NCBI GenBank assembly: GCA_965198225.1
Contig: CBDAOY010000005.1
Coordinates: 576,001-640,000, forward strand
Origin: Terriglobia bacterium
GTDB lineage: Bacteria > Acidobacteriota > Terriglobia > 20CM-2-55-15
Length of the DNA: 64,000 nt
Reading direction: 5' to 3'
Shown here: positions 53,072 to 62,468 of the stretch, piece after piece
How positions within the stretch are numbered: position 1 is the stretch's first letter
Layout of the letters: every line of letters begins with the position of its first letter
Notes under the pieces: generated by a model
Database searches by the model: none
Told to the model about the DNA's origin: nothing
Seen by the model: only the letters and a program-made list of their open reading frames with translations
Made by a program: the position numbers and the translations under genes

Positions 53072-53310
53072 AGCGTTGTTGCATGGATCGGGGTGGAGAT
53101 GGAATTCGCCCTTTCCCAAGCGGTAGCGTCAGGCGATGCGTTCGAACACAGGCCGTCCGAGTGCGGTCATTGTGTTCAGGACTTTCTGGCCGACCTTGAT
53201 TTCCGTGATCTGCCTGGAGAAGCTGCGGGATTTGAGCTTGGGGCCGATGACGCTCTTCCAACGGCCGATCTGCGTTTCTATCCGGCTGCGCTGGTTGTAC
53301 CCTGTGGCCG
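53072..53310 (-). mobile_element. IS5-family 3' fragment (second copy of the 40268 element)
   Basis: Near-identical, inverted copy of about 41132-41370. It is adjacent to an integrase-core fragment HVNELWQTDFT. Confidence 0.85.
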
Positions 53311-53437
53311 CCTCCTTACATCCCTGCACGCTGCGGCTCTGGGCAACGAGGACACGAATCATCTGGGTTGCATTTTGGTAACATAGGGGGCACCCGCGAT
53401 ATACGGGACCGTTCAACGAATAACAGAGAACTCGTCG

Positions 53438-53869
53438 TTGGTCAAGCAGAAAAGAATTGGTGAAGAACTGATCTCAGAGCGCCTTCAGTCTGATCTCGAC
53501 ACGTTGTCCAGGCTTGTCCAGAAGTACAGGAAGGCGTCAGGCCTCACGCAAGCGGAGTTGGCTAAACTGGCTGGAGTTTCTGATCAGTTCATCCGGCGCA
53601 TTGAGAAGACTGTGAAGGGAATCAACGTGCCCTCCGCGTTTGCCCTCTATCGGATATCCAAAGTACTGGACGTAGATATCGAAGAACTCTTGAAGCACAT
53701 TCGGACGGCTGAAGACTTGGTAGACCGAAGTTTCAGAGAAGCTGTCAGGAACCGCGATTTCGAGAAGTTCGGAGTGGCCATGGCTGGCCGAGTCCGCCTA
53801 GACTTCGACAGCAAGCGAAGTATGCTGGAACTCCTAAGACGTGCAAGGCAGGCTGGAAAGGATTCCTGA
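53438..53869 (+). CDS. XRE-family HTH regulator
   Basis: RKASGLTQAELAKLAGVS..FIRRIE. Confidence 0.8.
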   Translation: MVKQKRIGEELISERLQSDLDTLSRLVQKYRKASGLTQAELAKLAGVSDQFIRRIEKTVKGINVPSAFALYRISKVLDVDIEELLKHIRTAEDLVDRSFREAVRNRDFEKFGVAMAGRVRLDFDSKRSMLELLRRARQAGKDS

Positions 53870-54121
53870 GCTCAGAGAACGCCTGTTCGACTGGCTCAGC
53901 GACGAACTGATAAGTGTCGCCCGGTCGGCACGACCTGTTGACCTCCTGAGGCTCGTTCAGGAGCAGCTCAGAATCAAGCTCTTTGCGACAGCGCGAGTCC
54001 GTCCAATGGCGCCTGTGCCTACTGGACTTCTCGTAAGAGACTATGGAGGAGACTTCGCAAGGGCGGGGTGGGACGCTCAGAATGATCCTGTGCAGAGCAA
54101 TTAATCTTTTTAAGAACATCT

Positions 54122-54613
54122 CTAATCTCCTCCCCAGGATCCAAATCCTCCACCGAAGTCGAATCCGCCCCAATCGGCACTGGATCCAAAGGACGATCCT
54201 GACTCCGATCCCGACGAGGGAGTTCCTGTAGAATTACTATCTGCTATTGCTGCGCCGTCTTCTCGGTTCGGGCCGGGCGAGGATGAACCCTCGGATGTGC
54301 TTTCGGCGGTTGCCTGTGCGATTGCTATGTCAAACATCTCGTGATAATCCTGCGAGAAATCGTCGGCGGGCTGGATCAATCCTTCGCGTTCAGCGTGACG
54401 CGCAAGGGCTCCTGCGATCCAGAGATTCTGTTCACCCGAAAACCAAACGGATTGGTCATCGATCTCGTCCTCTTCGCCGTCGGATTCACGTTTGGTTTCG
54501 TTCGTTTCTTCATCATCATTCTCTGTGTTTGAACCAGGATCCGTAATCCAACTCGGCGGGTTGTTGCTGCGTGACATCGTCCAGCGCCATTCTCTTGAAT
54601 TCTTCTCTTCCAT
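54122..54613 (-). CDS. Acidic hypothetical protein with Gly/Ser-rich tail
   Basis: GGAGAGG RBS and a low-complexity GGFDFGGGFG end. Confidence 0.55.
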   Translation of the reverse strand: MEEKNSREWRWTMSRSNNPPSWITDPGSNTENDDEETNETKRESDGEEDEIDDQSVWFSGEQNLWIAGALARHAEREGLIQPADDFSQDYHEMFDIAIAQATAESTSEGSSSPGPNREDGAAIADSNSTGTPSSGSESGSSFGSSADWGGFDFGGGFGSWGGD

Positions 54614-54731
54614 AACTAAACCTCTCCTTGTGCGGGTCGAGCTAGGGCGGGGGGAGGGGGGAACGAGGAGGGGTATAAACCCCCTCGCGCCGTTCTCTTT
54701 TCCTCCGCCCTAGTTCTCAACTGATCAGTTA

Positions 54732-54917
54732 CTACTGGTCGTCGGTGTCGCTCAATGCCGCGAGGGCTTTCCTACGGCGTCTGATCCGAAACTTGTTGGT
54801 CTTCATCGTTTCCGAAAGTCGGGCGTTCTCAGCTTCGAGTCGCCGGACTTCCTCGCGGATGAGATCTCTGGGGTCCTGGGTGGTTTCATCGTGCTTGATC
54901 GGAACAGGTGAAGACAT
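54732..54917 (-). CDS. Small coiled-coil hypothetical protein
   Basis: GGAGGA RBS, next to the att site. Confidence 0.5.
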   Translation of the reverse strand: MSSPVPIKHDETTQDPRDLIREEVRRLEAENARLSETMKTNKFRIRRRRKALAALSDTDDQ

Positions 54918-55071
54918 GCTTCCTCCTTCTTGGGTAACGCTTTGGGTAACGACGACACCAAAAAGCTTCGAAACGCACAGAAACGCTTCGAAGCTTCAGT
55001 CTTCGTTAGCTTCTGTGTTTTCAAAAAGGTAGGAAGAGTTTCGAAAAGGACAGGAATCGCAGAGCGGATTT

Positions 55072-55122
55072 TCAGGATCTAGTGGGGGCAACCCCGTGGA
55101 GGTTCGAGTCCTCTTTTCGGCA
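55072..55122 (+). other. 3' half of tRNA-Leu(CAG), att site of the island
   Basis: TCAGGATCTAGT-GGGGGCAACCCC-GTGGAGGTTCGAGTCCTCT-TTTCGGCA gives the anticodon loop, long variable arm and T arm. The 5' half is absent. Confidence 0.85.
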
Positions 55123-55347
55123 TCTCCTTTCGAGGGCACCAGGGCCACACGGGCTCGTTCTGAGTAAGAATCCGAAACGGGTTTCCCTTCAGTCACTCTA
55201 ACTGCCTGAGTTTTTGGGCTGAGAATCAGTTAACAGTGGACAAACAGCTCGGGACAACGCATCCTTCTTCCTAATCTCAATCCCTACGTCTACGCAGCAT
55301 CGGTTAGAAGACCATTCAGCGGGTATTGCCGCTCTTGGAGGCCGCGT

Positions 55348-56187
55348 ATGGCACGCTTACTCGATCGCCCTGAAACGCAGTTCGTATTGTTGTTGCTGGC
55401 TCTAGCAGCGGCCAGCGTGTTCGTACCTCATGCTGAAGCTCAGGTTCTCGGATCAGTGAGCACGGTCGGACCGGTCCACCTGCGGGGTGTGCTCATAAGC
55501 GGAGAGGGCACGTTATTCCCGAACGACTCTCTTGAAGTACCCGCGGGGGCCTACGCAAAAGTCCTACTCGCCACGGGCGCCAGGATCGAATTGGGCGACA
55601 AAAGCCGTTTGACCCTGGTTAGCGAAGGTCGAGGCGTTCAGCTTGTGCTCGATTCGGGGGTTCTTGGCTTCGCTGAATCCGGAAGCCCACCGATTATCGT
55701 GACGGTCGCAGGTGCCCACGTCGTTGGCAGTGGAGGAGCTGTCGGGCTGATCGAGTACTCCGGTGATGAATTTGCCAGCTTGGAGGTCTTGAAGGACGAC
55801 GTCACCGTGTATGAATCGTCCGAATCTGCATTCACCCTGAGTGAGGGTGACAAAGAGGTTCTGCGCGTCAAGCAGGCAAGTGCGGAAGCGGGTCTGGGGG
55901 AATCGATTGCTCCTTGGCTCTTGACGAGCGCGCTGGTTGCTGGAGCTGGGCTCGGCAGGCCGGACGTGACCAGATTGGAAGGCGCCGTCACTCAGCCCGT
56001 GGTTCAGCCCGTTTCGGTCCTTTCCGAGCGGAGGGCCAGGGGCGTTCGTCACAGGAAAGTCAAATCGGGCAAACGCGCCTCGCCGAGTAAGCCGTCGAAG
56101 AAATCCGAGAAGAGTGAGAAGAGCGAGAAAAGTAGCAAGAGCGAGCGACAAGAGCTCGATCGAAGAAAGCGAAGCGCTAGTTCGTAG
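55348..56187 (+). CDS. Exported FecR-like beta-domain protein with a Lys/Ser/Glu-rich tail
   Basis: Signal peptide, G.RIELG.KSRL and L.SG.L motifs, KSEKSEKSEK repeat. Confidence 0.6.
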   Translation: MARLLDRPETQFVLLLLALAAASVFVPHAEAQVLGSVSTVGPVHLRGVLISGEGTLFPNDSLEVPAGAYAKVLLATGARIELGDKSRLTLVSEGRGVQLVLDSGVLGFAESGSPPIIVTVAGAHVVGSGGAVGLIEYSGDEFASLEVLKDDVTVYESSESAFTLSEGDKEVLRVKQASAEAGLGESIAPWLLTSALVAGAGLGRPDVTRLEGAVTQPVVQPVSVLSERRARGVRHRKVKSGKRASPSKPSKKSEKSEKSEKSSKSERQELDRRKRSASS

Positions 56188-56322
56188 CAAGTCGCGATTG
56201 GCGAGGCTTGTCCCTCCCGTTTATCGCCCGCAGTAAAGCTCAGCTTCTCGCACCTTTTCAGAAGAATCCGGGAACGAAGACGAAAAACCTTTACTCAACG
56301 AACCACGCGCCGGAAGACGGCT

Positions 56323-56354
56323 TCAGGATCTAGTCGTGGAGGTTCGACCCGGCA
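56323..56354 (+). repeat. Degenerate tRNA-Leu att copy 2
   Basis: TCAGGATCTAGT.CGTGGAGGTTCGA.CCGGCA with internal deletions. Confidence 0.7.
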
Positions 56355-56795
56355 CTCTGCAGTTTGTAGGTCACCTACCGCAAGCTCCTCTATTTCAGCC
56401 CAATGTCCCTAGCAATCTTCCGGAGCAGCGTTTGAAATATCGCGACCCTCCCGGTAGTTCCGACCGTCAGTGTGACCAAACTGTGTATGAGAACCGCGTT
56501 GACGGACTTCGACAAAAAGTCTTCTAGAAGTGCGACAGCTTCTCGCAACCTGAATTTCACGATTCCAACTTTCTGTGGGCGAACGGAATCCGGGAACGCC
56601 AAGTAACCCACGAAAATCTCGCTCGACTCAAAGCTTTGACGCTCCCTCAACGAATCACGTGATTCGTACTCAATACTAAGAAGTTGGCCACCTCCGGTTT
56701 GTTGCCCTCCCCGAAACGCAGCTTTTCGTAACCTTTCACATCTTCTGTCGGCGAAAAATCCGGCAGGACGGCTTCAGGTACTCTCCTGGACGGCT

Positions 56796-56839
56796 TCAGG
56801 AGTGGGGGCAACCCCGTGGAGGTTCGAGTCCTCTCGGCA
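56796..56839 (+). repeat. Degenerate tRNA-Leu att copy 3
   Basis: TCAGG.AGTGGGGGCAACCCCGTGGAGGTTCGAGTCCTCTCGGCA. Confidence 0.8.
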
Positions 56840-57001
56840 TTCGACTCGCGGTTGTTCCTGCCTACGCTTCTCACCGTTGGGTAACGTCTTGGAATGATCC
56901 TGCAAGGACTTGAACGGCGTCGCTTGCATCGCCAAAGCCCGTCGTTGCGGAGCAAGAACTCAGTGGCGCTGGGCCACACAGCACGTTAGTTAGTCTCTTG
57001 C

Positions 57002-57607
57002 TCAGAACTCCCACCGAAAAAACTGGACTTCGGTCCGGCGGGTAGCGGCCCATCGCAACGTCGGCAACCATCTGGCGCGAGCCGGGTCGGTCACGACCGT
57101 GATATTCGTACTCCTGCGGTCTTTCTCGCGCCCCATGAAGTACCCGGCTAGACCACCGCCGACGGTCACGAGGCCGGCCACTACGTTTCGCGTGTCGGAA
57201 TCGGTGCCGCTTGGGCCTGTGATCGCGAAGGTTGAAATGAGTGTGGCTCCGAGGAAACCGACGCCCGCTCCAATCCAGCGCCAGCGGATACTTTCCTCGA
57301 TCAGCTGCACGGAAGAGACCGACGCGCGATCGATGGACCTGAGCCCCTTCGGATATGCCCCATCGTCGTCCGTCTTCCTGATGTTGATTTCGATACCAGT
57401 TTCCCGGACGATGCGCACCCTTCCCTCGATGCGTGGTCCGTCGGTGAGCGTCAACGCGACCATTTCCCTGTTGATGACGCTTCCCAACTCGTCCCACGTC
57501 AGGTTCAGTCCCTCGTCCTGAGCTTCCAGAGCTACCGGCGTGAGGAAGAAACACATCACGCAGAGCGCCAGAGCTCTCAGGGGCGGAGAACTCCTTCTCA
57601 AGGGCAT
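57002..57607 (-). CDS. Exported or membrane hypothetical protein
   Basis: Signal peptide, a small beta domain and two Gly-rich hydrophobic helices. Confidence 0.65.
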   Translation of the reverse strand: MPLRRSSPPLRALALCVMCFFLTPVALEAQDEGLNLTWDELGSVINREMVALTLTDGPRIEGRVRIVRETGIEINIRKTDDDGAYPKGLRSIDRASVSSVQLIEESIRWRWIGAGVGFLGATLISTFAITGPSGTDSDTRNVVAGLVTVGGGLAGYFMGREKDRRSTNITVVTDPARARWLPTLRWAATRRTEVQFFRWEF

Positions 57608-57713
57608 GACCCTCTTTGATGAACAAACCTGAACAAAACTCCGTGAATGTTATGAAGCGTAGTGGTTGTGGGCAGCAAAATCTCACCTCCCGGTAATAGT
57701 GTTAACGCCAATG

Positions 57714-59087
57714 CTAGTTGCCGACACTTTCCCTCTCATCCACGGCAGGATTTCCTTCGTCCGTCCCGGCGTTGGACAATCGCTCGCGCATCGAGGACAA
57801 GGTGCGGTCCAGGGACTCCCTCGCCACGCCGCTGATTATCGGACGCACGAACAGCTTGAGGATCGCCGGAATCGACCGGCTCAACGTCAGCGATTCGCAC
57901 TCGACCAGCACGCCTCCCGACACTTCCTGGTAGCGCCAGTACGAGTTCAGGCGCCACAGGAACCCCCGGTCCGAGCCTTCCGGCTTCTCGCGTTCCGACG
58001 GCGTGCCCACGTCTGCCAGTTCAGCGATCTTGGTCGCAATGGTACGGCTCGACGCCCGCCCCGGGCCATGGCGGTTGTAGAGGACCACGTGCTCGGTGTT
58101 GTAGGTGACGGTGACGATCTTCGAACGAACCAGCTTGAGGTAGACGCGAATCGAGTCGTCTGTCCGTTCAAGGACCTGGGCCTCGAGGACATCCTCCTGC
58201 AGATGTTCGGGAGCGTCGGGACGTCGGACAGCGTCCAGCACGACCTCCAGTGTGACTCCGGGAATGAACACCGAGCCTCGCCAGTGGTGAATCATCCCTC
58301 CACGAACTTTGATGTCGCTGCCGTCGGCCCGCGCCGTCTTCGCTTTCGAAACTACAAGCCTGCCGGAAACGACCGTCCTGCGGTCTGTTCGCGCCTGGGT
58401 CGGGTCTTCGAAATCCTGTGCGAAGAAACCACTTTCGGAATTGAGTTCTCCCTCGATCCGTCTCTCCGTGAGGTCGACGTACTCGCTCCAGGCTTCGAGC
58501 GTTTCCGGGCGTAATCCCTGCGCATGCAGCGTGGTCAGGGAACCGGCTACAGCGCACACCACGAGATATGTACGAATGTACTTCCATAAAACGACGGAAG
58601 GTGGCATGACGCTCTCCTCCATGGTGCTTCCCGGCTCCGTCAGAAGACCGGTGACCGCCTTCTTGAACACGAGGCGGTCGCTGAAAAAGAAGTTCATGAC
58701 TGAACATGCGGTTATCGACATGCCGCTTGCAGCGAGGTAGTGGATCGCGAAGTGTCCCGCCAGAATACTCATGAAGATGAGATTCTGTGCGATCGAGACC
58801 AGACCGACTGTCAAGTTGAACCGGATCAGTCTGGAGATGGTTCCAGCACGCCCACCGTCCGCACGATCCAGCCAGGTCCAGCGCTCGTGCCACGTAAAGT
58901 TGTTCAGCACTGCCGCTTCAACCGCGAGGGCGGTAGCCCCCAGATAGTGAACCCCGCAGAGGCGCAGTGCGCTCAGGACGGACAACTGAACGCCGACACC
59001 CGTCATGCCGACGAGGTTGAAGTGGATCCAGCGACGGAAGGTAGAATTCAATTGGATTTCGCACCCCGGCATATCGATCCTCTTCAA
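57714..59087 (-). CDS. GtrA-family protein in frame with a conserved exported domain
   Basis: FNLVG..G..VQL and NNFTWHERWTW (GtrA), then a second signal-like region and a RLNSYWRY......V.VECES.TLSR domain. Confidence 0.75.
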   Translation of the reverse strand: MKRIDMPGCEIQLNSTFRRWIHFNLVGMTGVGVQLSVLSALRLCGVHYLGATALAVEAAVLNNFTWHERWTWLDRADGGRAGTISRLIRFNLTVGLVSIAQNLIFMSILAGHFAIHYLAASGMSITACSVMNFFFSDRLVFKKAVTGLLTEPGSTMEESVMPPSVVLWKYIRTYLVVCAVAGSLTTLHAQGLRPETLEAWSEYVDLTERRIEGELNSESGFFAQDFEDPTQARTDRRTVVSGRLVVSKAKTARADGSDIKVRGGMIHHWRGSVFIPGVTLEVVLDAVRRPDAPEHLQEDVLEAQVLERTDDSIRVYLKLVRSKIVTVTYNTEHVVLYNRHGPGRASSRTIATKIAELADVGTPSEREKPEGSDRGFLWRLNSYWRYQEVSGGVLVECESLTLSRSIPAILKLFVRPIISGVARESLDRTLSSMRERLSNAGTDEGNPAVDERESVGN

Positions 59088-59782
59088 CCGGAGGTGCGGC
59101 CCCGGACAAGGGGTTCTTCCTGGGAAAGTGTTCTCGTGTTCCTGACAGCTGAAACAGTCAGCGCTACGGCCATTCCCGCAATGGCGCAGGCCCCTCCCAC
59201 GTCGAAAAGAAGAAACGGCCCCAGACTGCCCAACCAGACAACCGGTTTGAACAGCAGGCGCAATGTGCCGATGGCCAGGACGACCCGCAGTTCGGTCGGA
59301 CCGATCCGCATGAACGCGAGGCGGAAGACTCCCAGGGCGTGGGTGGCGAGATACGACTCCGCGGCGACCATCAAATAGCCCACGAGTACCCCCCAGGCCA
59401 CGGCGGGACTCACGTAGCCCGAAGCTGCCAGCCCACCCAGGAGAAAGAAGGCCCCGACCGTATCGATGACGTGGTCGACGTAGAAGCCGTATCGGGGTCG
59501 CTGGCAGTCACGGACCCGCGCGAGGGTTCCGTCCAGGCTGTCGCCGAACCAGTTGAGCGCCAGCGCCGCGACAGCGACCAGCAGCGCTCGTTCGTCCCAC
59601 CGCGCGGCCCAGTAGGCCAGGCCGGCAAGCAACATGCCGATCAAACCCACCAGCGTGAGGTGGTCCGATTTGATCCAGCGTGGGAGTCTTCGAGCGATCC
59701 AGACGAGTACTCGCTTCTCGATCGCCATCAGTATGCTTCGATGCTCGCGAACGTGGGGGATAGTCGCCGCCATTGGGTTCAC
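59084..59782 (-). CDS. CDP-alcohol phosphatidyltransferase
   Basis: DSLDGTLARVR......YGFYVDHVID motif. Confidence 0.92.
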   Translation of the reverse strand: MNPMAATIPHVREHRSILMAIEKRVLVWIARRLPRWIKSDHLTLVGLIGMLLAGLAYWAARWDERALLVAVAALALNWFGDSLDGTLARVRDCQRPRYGFYVDHVIDTVGAFFLLGGLAASGYVSPAVAWGVLVGYLMVAAESYLATHALGVFRLAFMRIGPTELRVVLAIGTLRLLFKPVVWLGSLGPFLLFDVGGACAIAGMAVALTVSAVRNTRTLSQEEPLVRGRTSG

Positions 59783-59883
59783 CTCCTGATTCCCTTCACT
59801 GATTAATGTGAAAAGGAGACCAAAACGGGCTCAGCTTTTTTTTCGAGGGGAGGAGACTTTGGAGAAGCCCGCGTCCAGACGGA

Positions 59884-59955
59884 GGTGTAGGGGCGGTCTA
59901 TGACCGCACATTCTTCGAACCGAGAACACGTCCGCTCATACAGCGCACCTACACC
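59884..59955. repeat. REP doublet (GTAG-type)
   Basis: GGTGTAGGGGCGGTCTATGACCGC ... GCTCATACAGCGCACCTACACC inverted pair in an intergenic region. Confidence 0.6.
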
Positions 59956-60000
59956 CGATCCTGGAGTTTCGCGTTTCTCAGCGCCGAGATAGGCCTCGGT

Positions 60001-61524
60001 CTAGCGGTCGGATCGGTTCGCCGCGGGGAAAACGGAGTGGACCGTCGACGGCTCGATGACCTCGGAAACGACGAAATAGCCCACCGCGACCGAAGCAAGG
60101 ATACCTGCCATCAGATGGTCTTGGAACACTGCGACGGCCGCCCCCAGCAGGACCGCAGCGAAGAACCGATCGACCAGCCGCATCCTTGGTGACGCCCGGT
60201 TCATCTCCTCTTCGAGAGCCACGCGGTTGAAATGGGAGGTGAACAGCAGATGCACTCGCACGATGCCGTTCGCTATCGCGCAAGCCAGCACCCCGAAGAA
60301 AGAAAGCAGCAGGGACAGGCCGGGATTCTCTTCCTTGACTTGCCACAGGACGACCACCATGACGCTGTAAAGCAGTATGACCAGGATCTGGTGAACAGCC
60401 CACCAGTAGCTCCGAAGGCCGGTCGCGGCGGTTTGTCGGTCAGCAGAATCGTGGGCCGCGGCGACGTCCGTTTGCTCGGTCGTTCCGTGCATCCGGGTTA
60501 AAGCGAATGCCCGGAGTTCGGTCGCAAGCTGCCGGGTTGATCGCGGCCGCTGTTCCGGTTCCTTTCTCAGACACTTCTGGATGAGTTGTTCGAGCGCCGG
60601 CGCCCTTCCAGATAGAGTTTCGAGTCGCGGGGGTTCGTTTTCGAGGATGTTGGCAGTGGTTGCGGCGGTAGTCGGGGCCTGGAACGGGTGCTTTCCACTG
60701 GCGAACTCATAGAGCATGACGCCCAGGGAGAAAACGTCACTCAAGTGGTCCACGGATTCGCCTCGCAGTTGCTCTGGCGACATATAGGCGGGCGTTCCAA
60801 GAAGCATGCCCTTCTGGGTCAAACGCTGTTGCATGGGGTCGGTCCCGGGGATCAGGGCCAGTCCGAAATCGACAATCTTGAGGTTGCCCTCGTCATTCCG
60901 GATGACGTTCTCGGGTTTCAGATCTCGATGAACGATCCCCTTCTCGTGAGCAGCGGCGAGGCCCTCGGCCAGCTGGAGCGCCGAGCCGACAACCGTATCG
61001 ATCGAGAACGGGGCCCCTTCCAGTTCGGTTCGCACCGTCTGGCCCGGTACGTGCTCGCTGATGATGTAGAAGCGACCCTCGACTTCCTCCAGGGCGTAGA
61101 TCGTCGCAATCGCCGGGTGGGACAGGGAAGCCGCCACGGTGGCCTCCCGACGGAATCGGGCTTGCTGCTTGTCGTCAAAGAGCAGATTCGGTGACAGCGC
61201 CTTCAGGGCCACGTTCCGTCGCAGGCGTGTATCTTCAGCCAGGTAGACCACGCCCATCCCACCCCTGCCGATTTCCCGCTGGACCAGATACGGGCCTACA
61301 TACTGGCCTTCCGTTAGCGGATCGCCCGGCTCGGACAACATTGCGGTCTCGAGGAAACTACGGGTTTCGAGATGGGAGGCCAGCAGAGAAGACAGTTCCC
61401 GTCGCAGGCCTTCGTCGCCCGCACAGGCCTTTTCCAAAAAAGCCTCGCGCTTCCCGGGCTCCATTTCGATGGCAGCCTCGAAGATTTGCCTCAGCTGGCG
61501 GAACCTTGCGCTCGCGGGATTCAA
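60001..61524 (-). CDS. Hanks-type Ser/Thr protein kinase with C-terminal TM helices
   Basis: GRGGMG, VALK, HRDLKPEN, DFG and GTPAYMSPEQ motifs. Confidence 0.95.
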   Translation of the reverse strand: MNPASARFRQLRQIFEAAIEMEPGKREAFLEKACAGDEGLRRELSSLLASHLETRSFLETAMLSEPGDPLTEGQYVGPYLVQREIGRGGMGVVYLAEDTRLRRNVALKALSPNLLFDDKQQARFRREATVAASLSHPAIATIYALEEVEGRFYIISEHVPGQTVRTELEGAPFSIDTVVGSALQLAEGLAAAHEKGIVHRDLKPENVIRNDEGNLKIVDFGLALIPGTDPMQQRLTQKGMLLGTPAYMSPEQLRGESVDHLSDVFSLGVMLYEFASGKHPFQAPTTAATTANILENEPPRLETLSGRAPALEQLIQKCLRKEPEQRPRSTRQLATELRAFALTRMHGTTEQTDVAAAHDSADRQTAATGLRSYWWAVHQILVILLYSVMVVVLWQVKEENPGLSLLLSFFGVLACAIANGIVRVHLLFTSHFNRVALEEEMNRASPRMRLVDRFFAAVLLGAAVAVFQDHLMAGILASVAVGYFVVSEVIEPSTVHSVFPAANRSDR

Positions 61525-62111
61525 GGTTGCAGCTCACGCCGGAGCCAGGCCTGGGAGAAGGCCCACCTCCGCTTCACGGTTGCGGGTGAAATCTCCAGCA
61601 CTTCAGCCGTTTCTTCAACAGTCAGCCCTCCGAAGAACCGCAGTTCCACCAGTTCAGCCTGCTTGGGATCGAGGTCCTCCAGCTTTCCGAGGGCTTCGTC
61701 AAGAGCGAGTAAATCGACCGAGCGTTCGTCCCGACCCAGGATTTCGTCGGTGAACGTTACCGGTATCGCGGGCCCTCCCCGTTTCTGCGCCATCCGCGCC
61801 CGCGCCCGTTCGACAAGCACCTGGCGCATGGATCTTGCCACGATGGCGAGGAAATGTGTGCGATCCTTCCAGTGCAAACCACCGTCCGGAATCAGCCGCA
61901 AGTAAGCTTCGTGAACGAGGGCTGTTGCTTGAAGGGTCTGACCCGGTCGCTCCCGTCGGATGTATTTCGCCGCCAGCCCGCGCAGCTCCTCGTAGATCAA
62001 CGGGAACAGTTTCGACATGGCCCCGGCGTCCCCCGTGCGGGCTCGTTGGACCAGTTGCGTCACCGTCTTGCCTGAAGGGGGGGCAGGCAGTCCTTTGCTC
62101 ATGGAGCACAT
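61521..62111 (-). CDS. ECF sigma factor (kinase-associated, TIGR02999-like)
   Basis: YEELRGLA, TLQATALVHEAYLRL and ELRFFGGLTVEE motifs. Confidence 0.93.
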   Translation of the reverse strand: MCSMSKGLPAPPSGKTVTQLVQRARTGDAGAMSKLFPLIYEELRGLAAKYIRRERPGQTLQATALVHEAYLRLIPDGGLHWKDRTHFLAIVARSMRQVLVERARARMAQKRGGPAIPVTFTDEILGRDERSVDLLALDEALGKLEDLDPKQAELVELRFFGGLTVEETAEVLEISPATVKRRWAFSQAWLRRELQP

Positions 62112-62468
62112 TACGTAGATCAGCCTTCTTCGTTCCTGGTTTGCTTCGAAGGGCAGAACAGAGCCGGAACCTGTTGTGAGCCTGCGATCCAGGAAGCGAG
62201 GCTGGGGCAGTCAAGTTGATTTTCTCAGAGTTCGAGGACTTTGTCGAAAGCGATCGAGCTGCCGGCGCGCCGCCCACTACCGGCGGGATCCTTCCCGAGT
62301 CCCTTCCGACATCCCAACGGCTGAAGCAGGACTCGAAGTCAGGATCGACCGGCGCGGCTACGGGAATAAGTGGACGCCGCGCTGTGGCACAATAAAGGTT
62401 TGGACTGACCACGGGAGAAACGACTGGCAGCGGGACTCCCCGCTTGATTCGAACAAGGACGGAACTGA

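Noticed and set aside
55072-55122. Functional tRNA gene
   Set aside because: The acceptor 5' strand and D arm are absent. It is only an att fragment.
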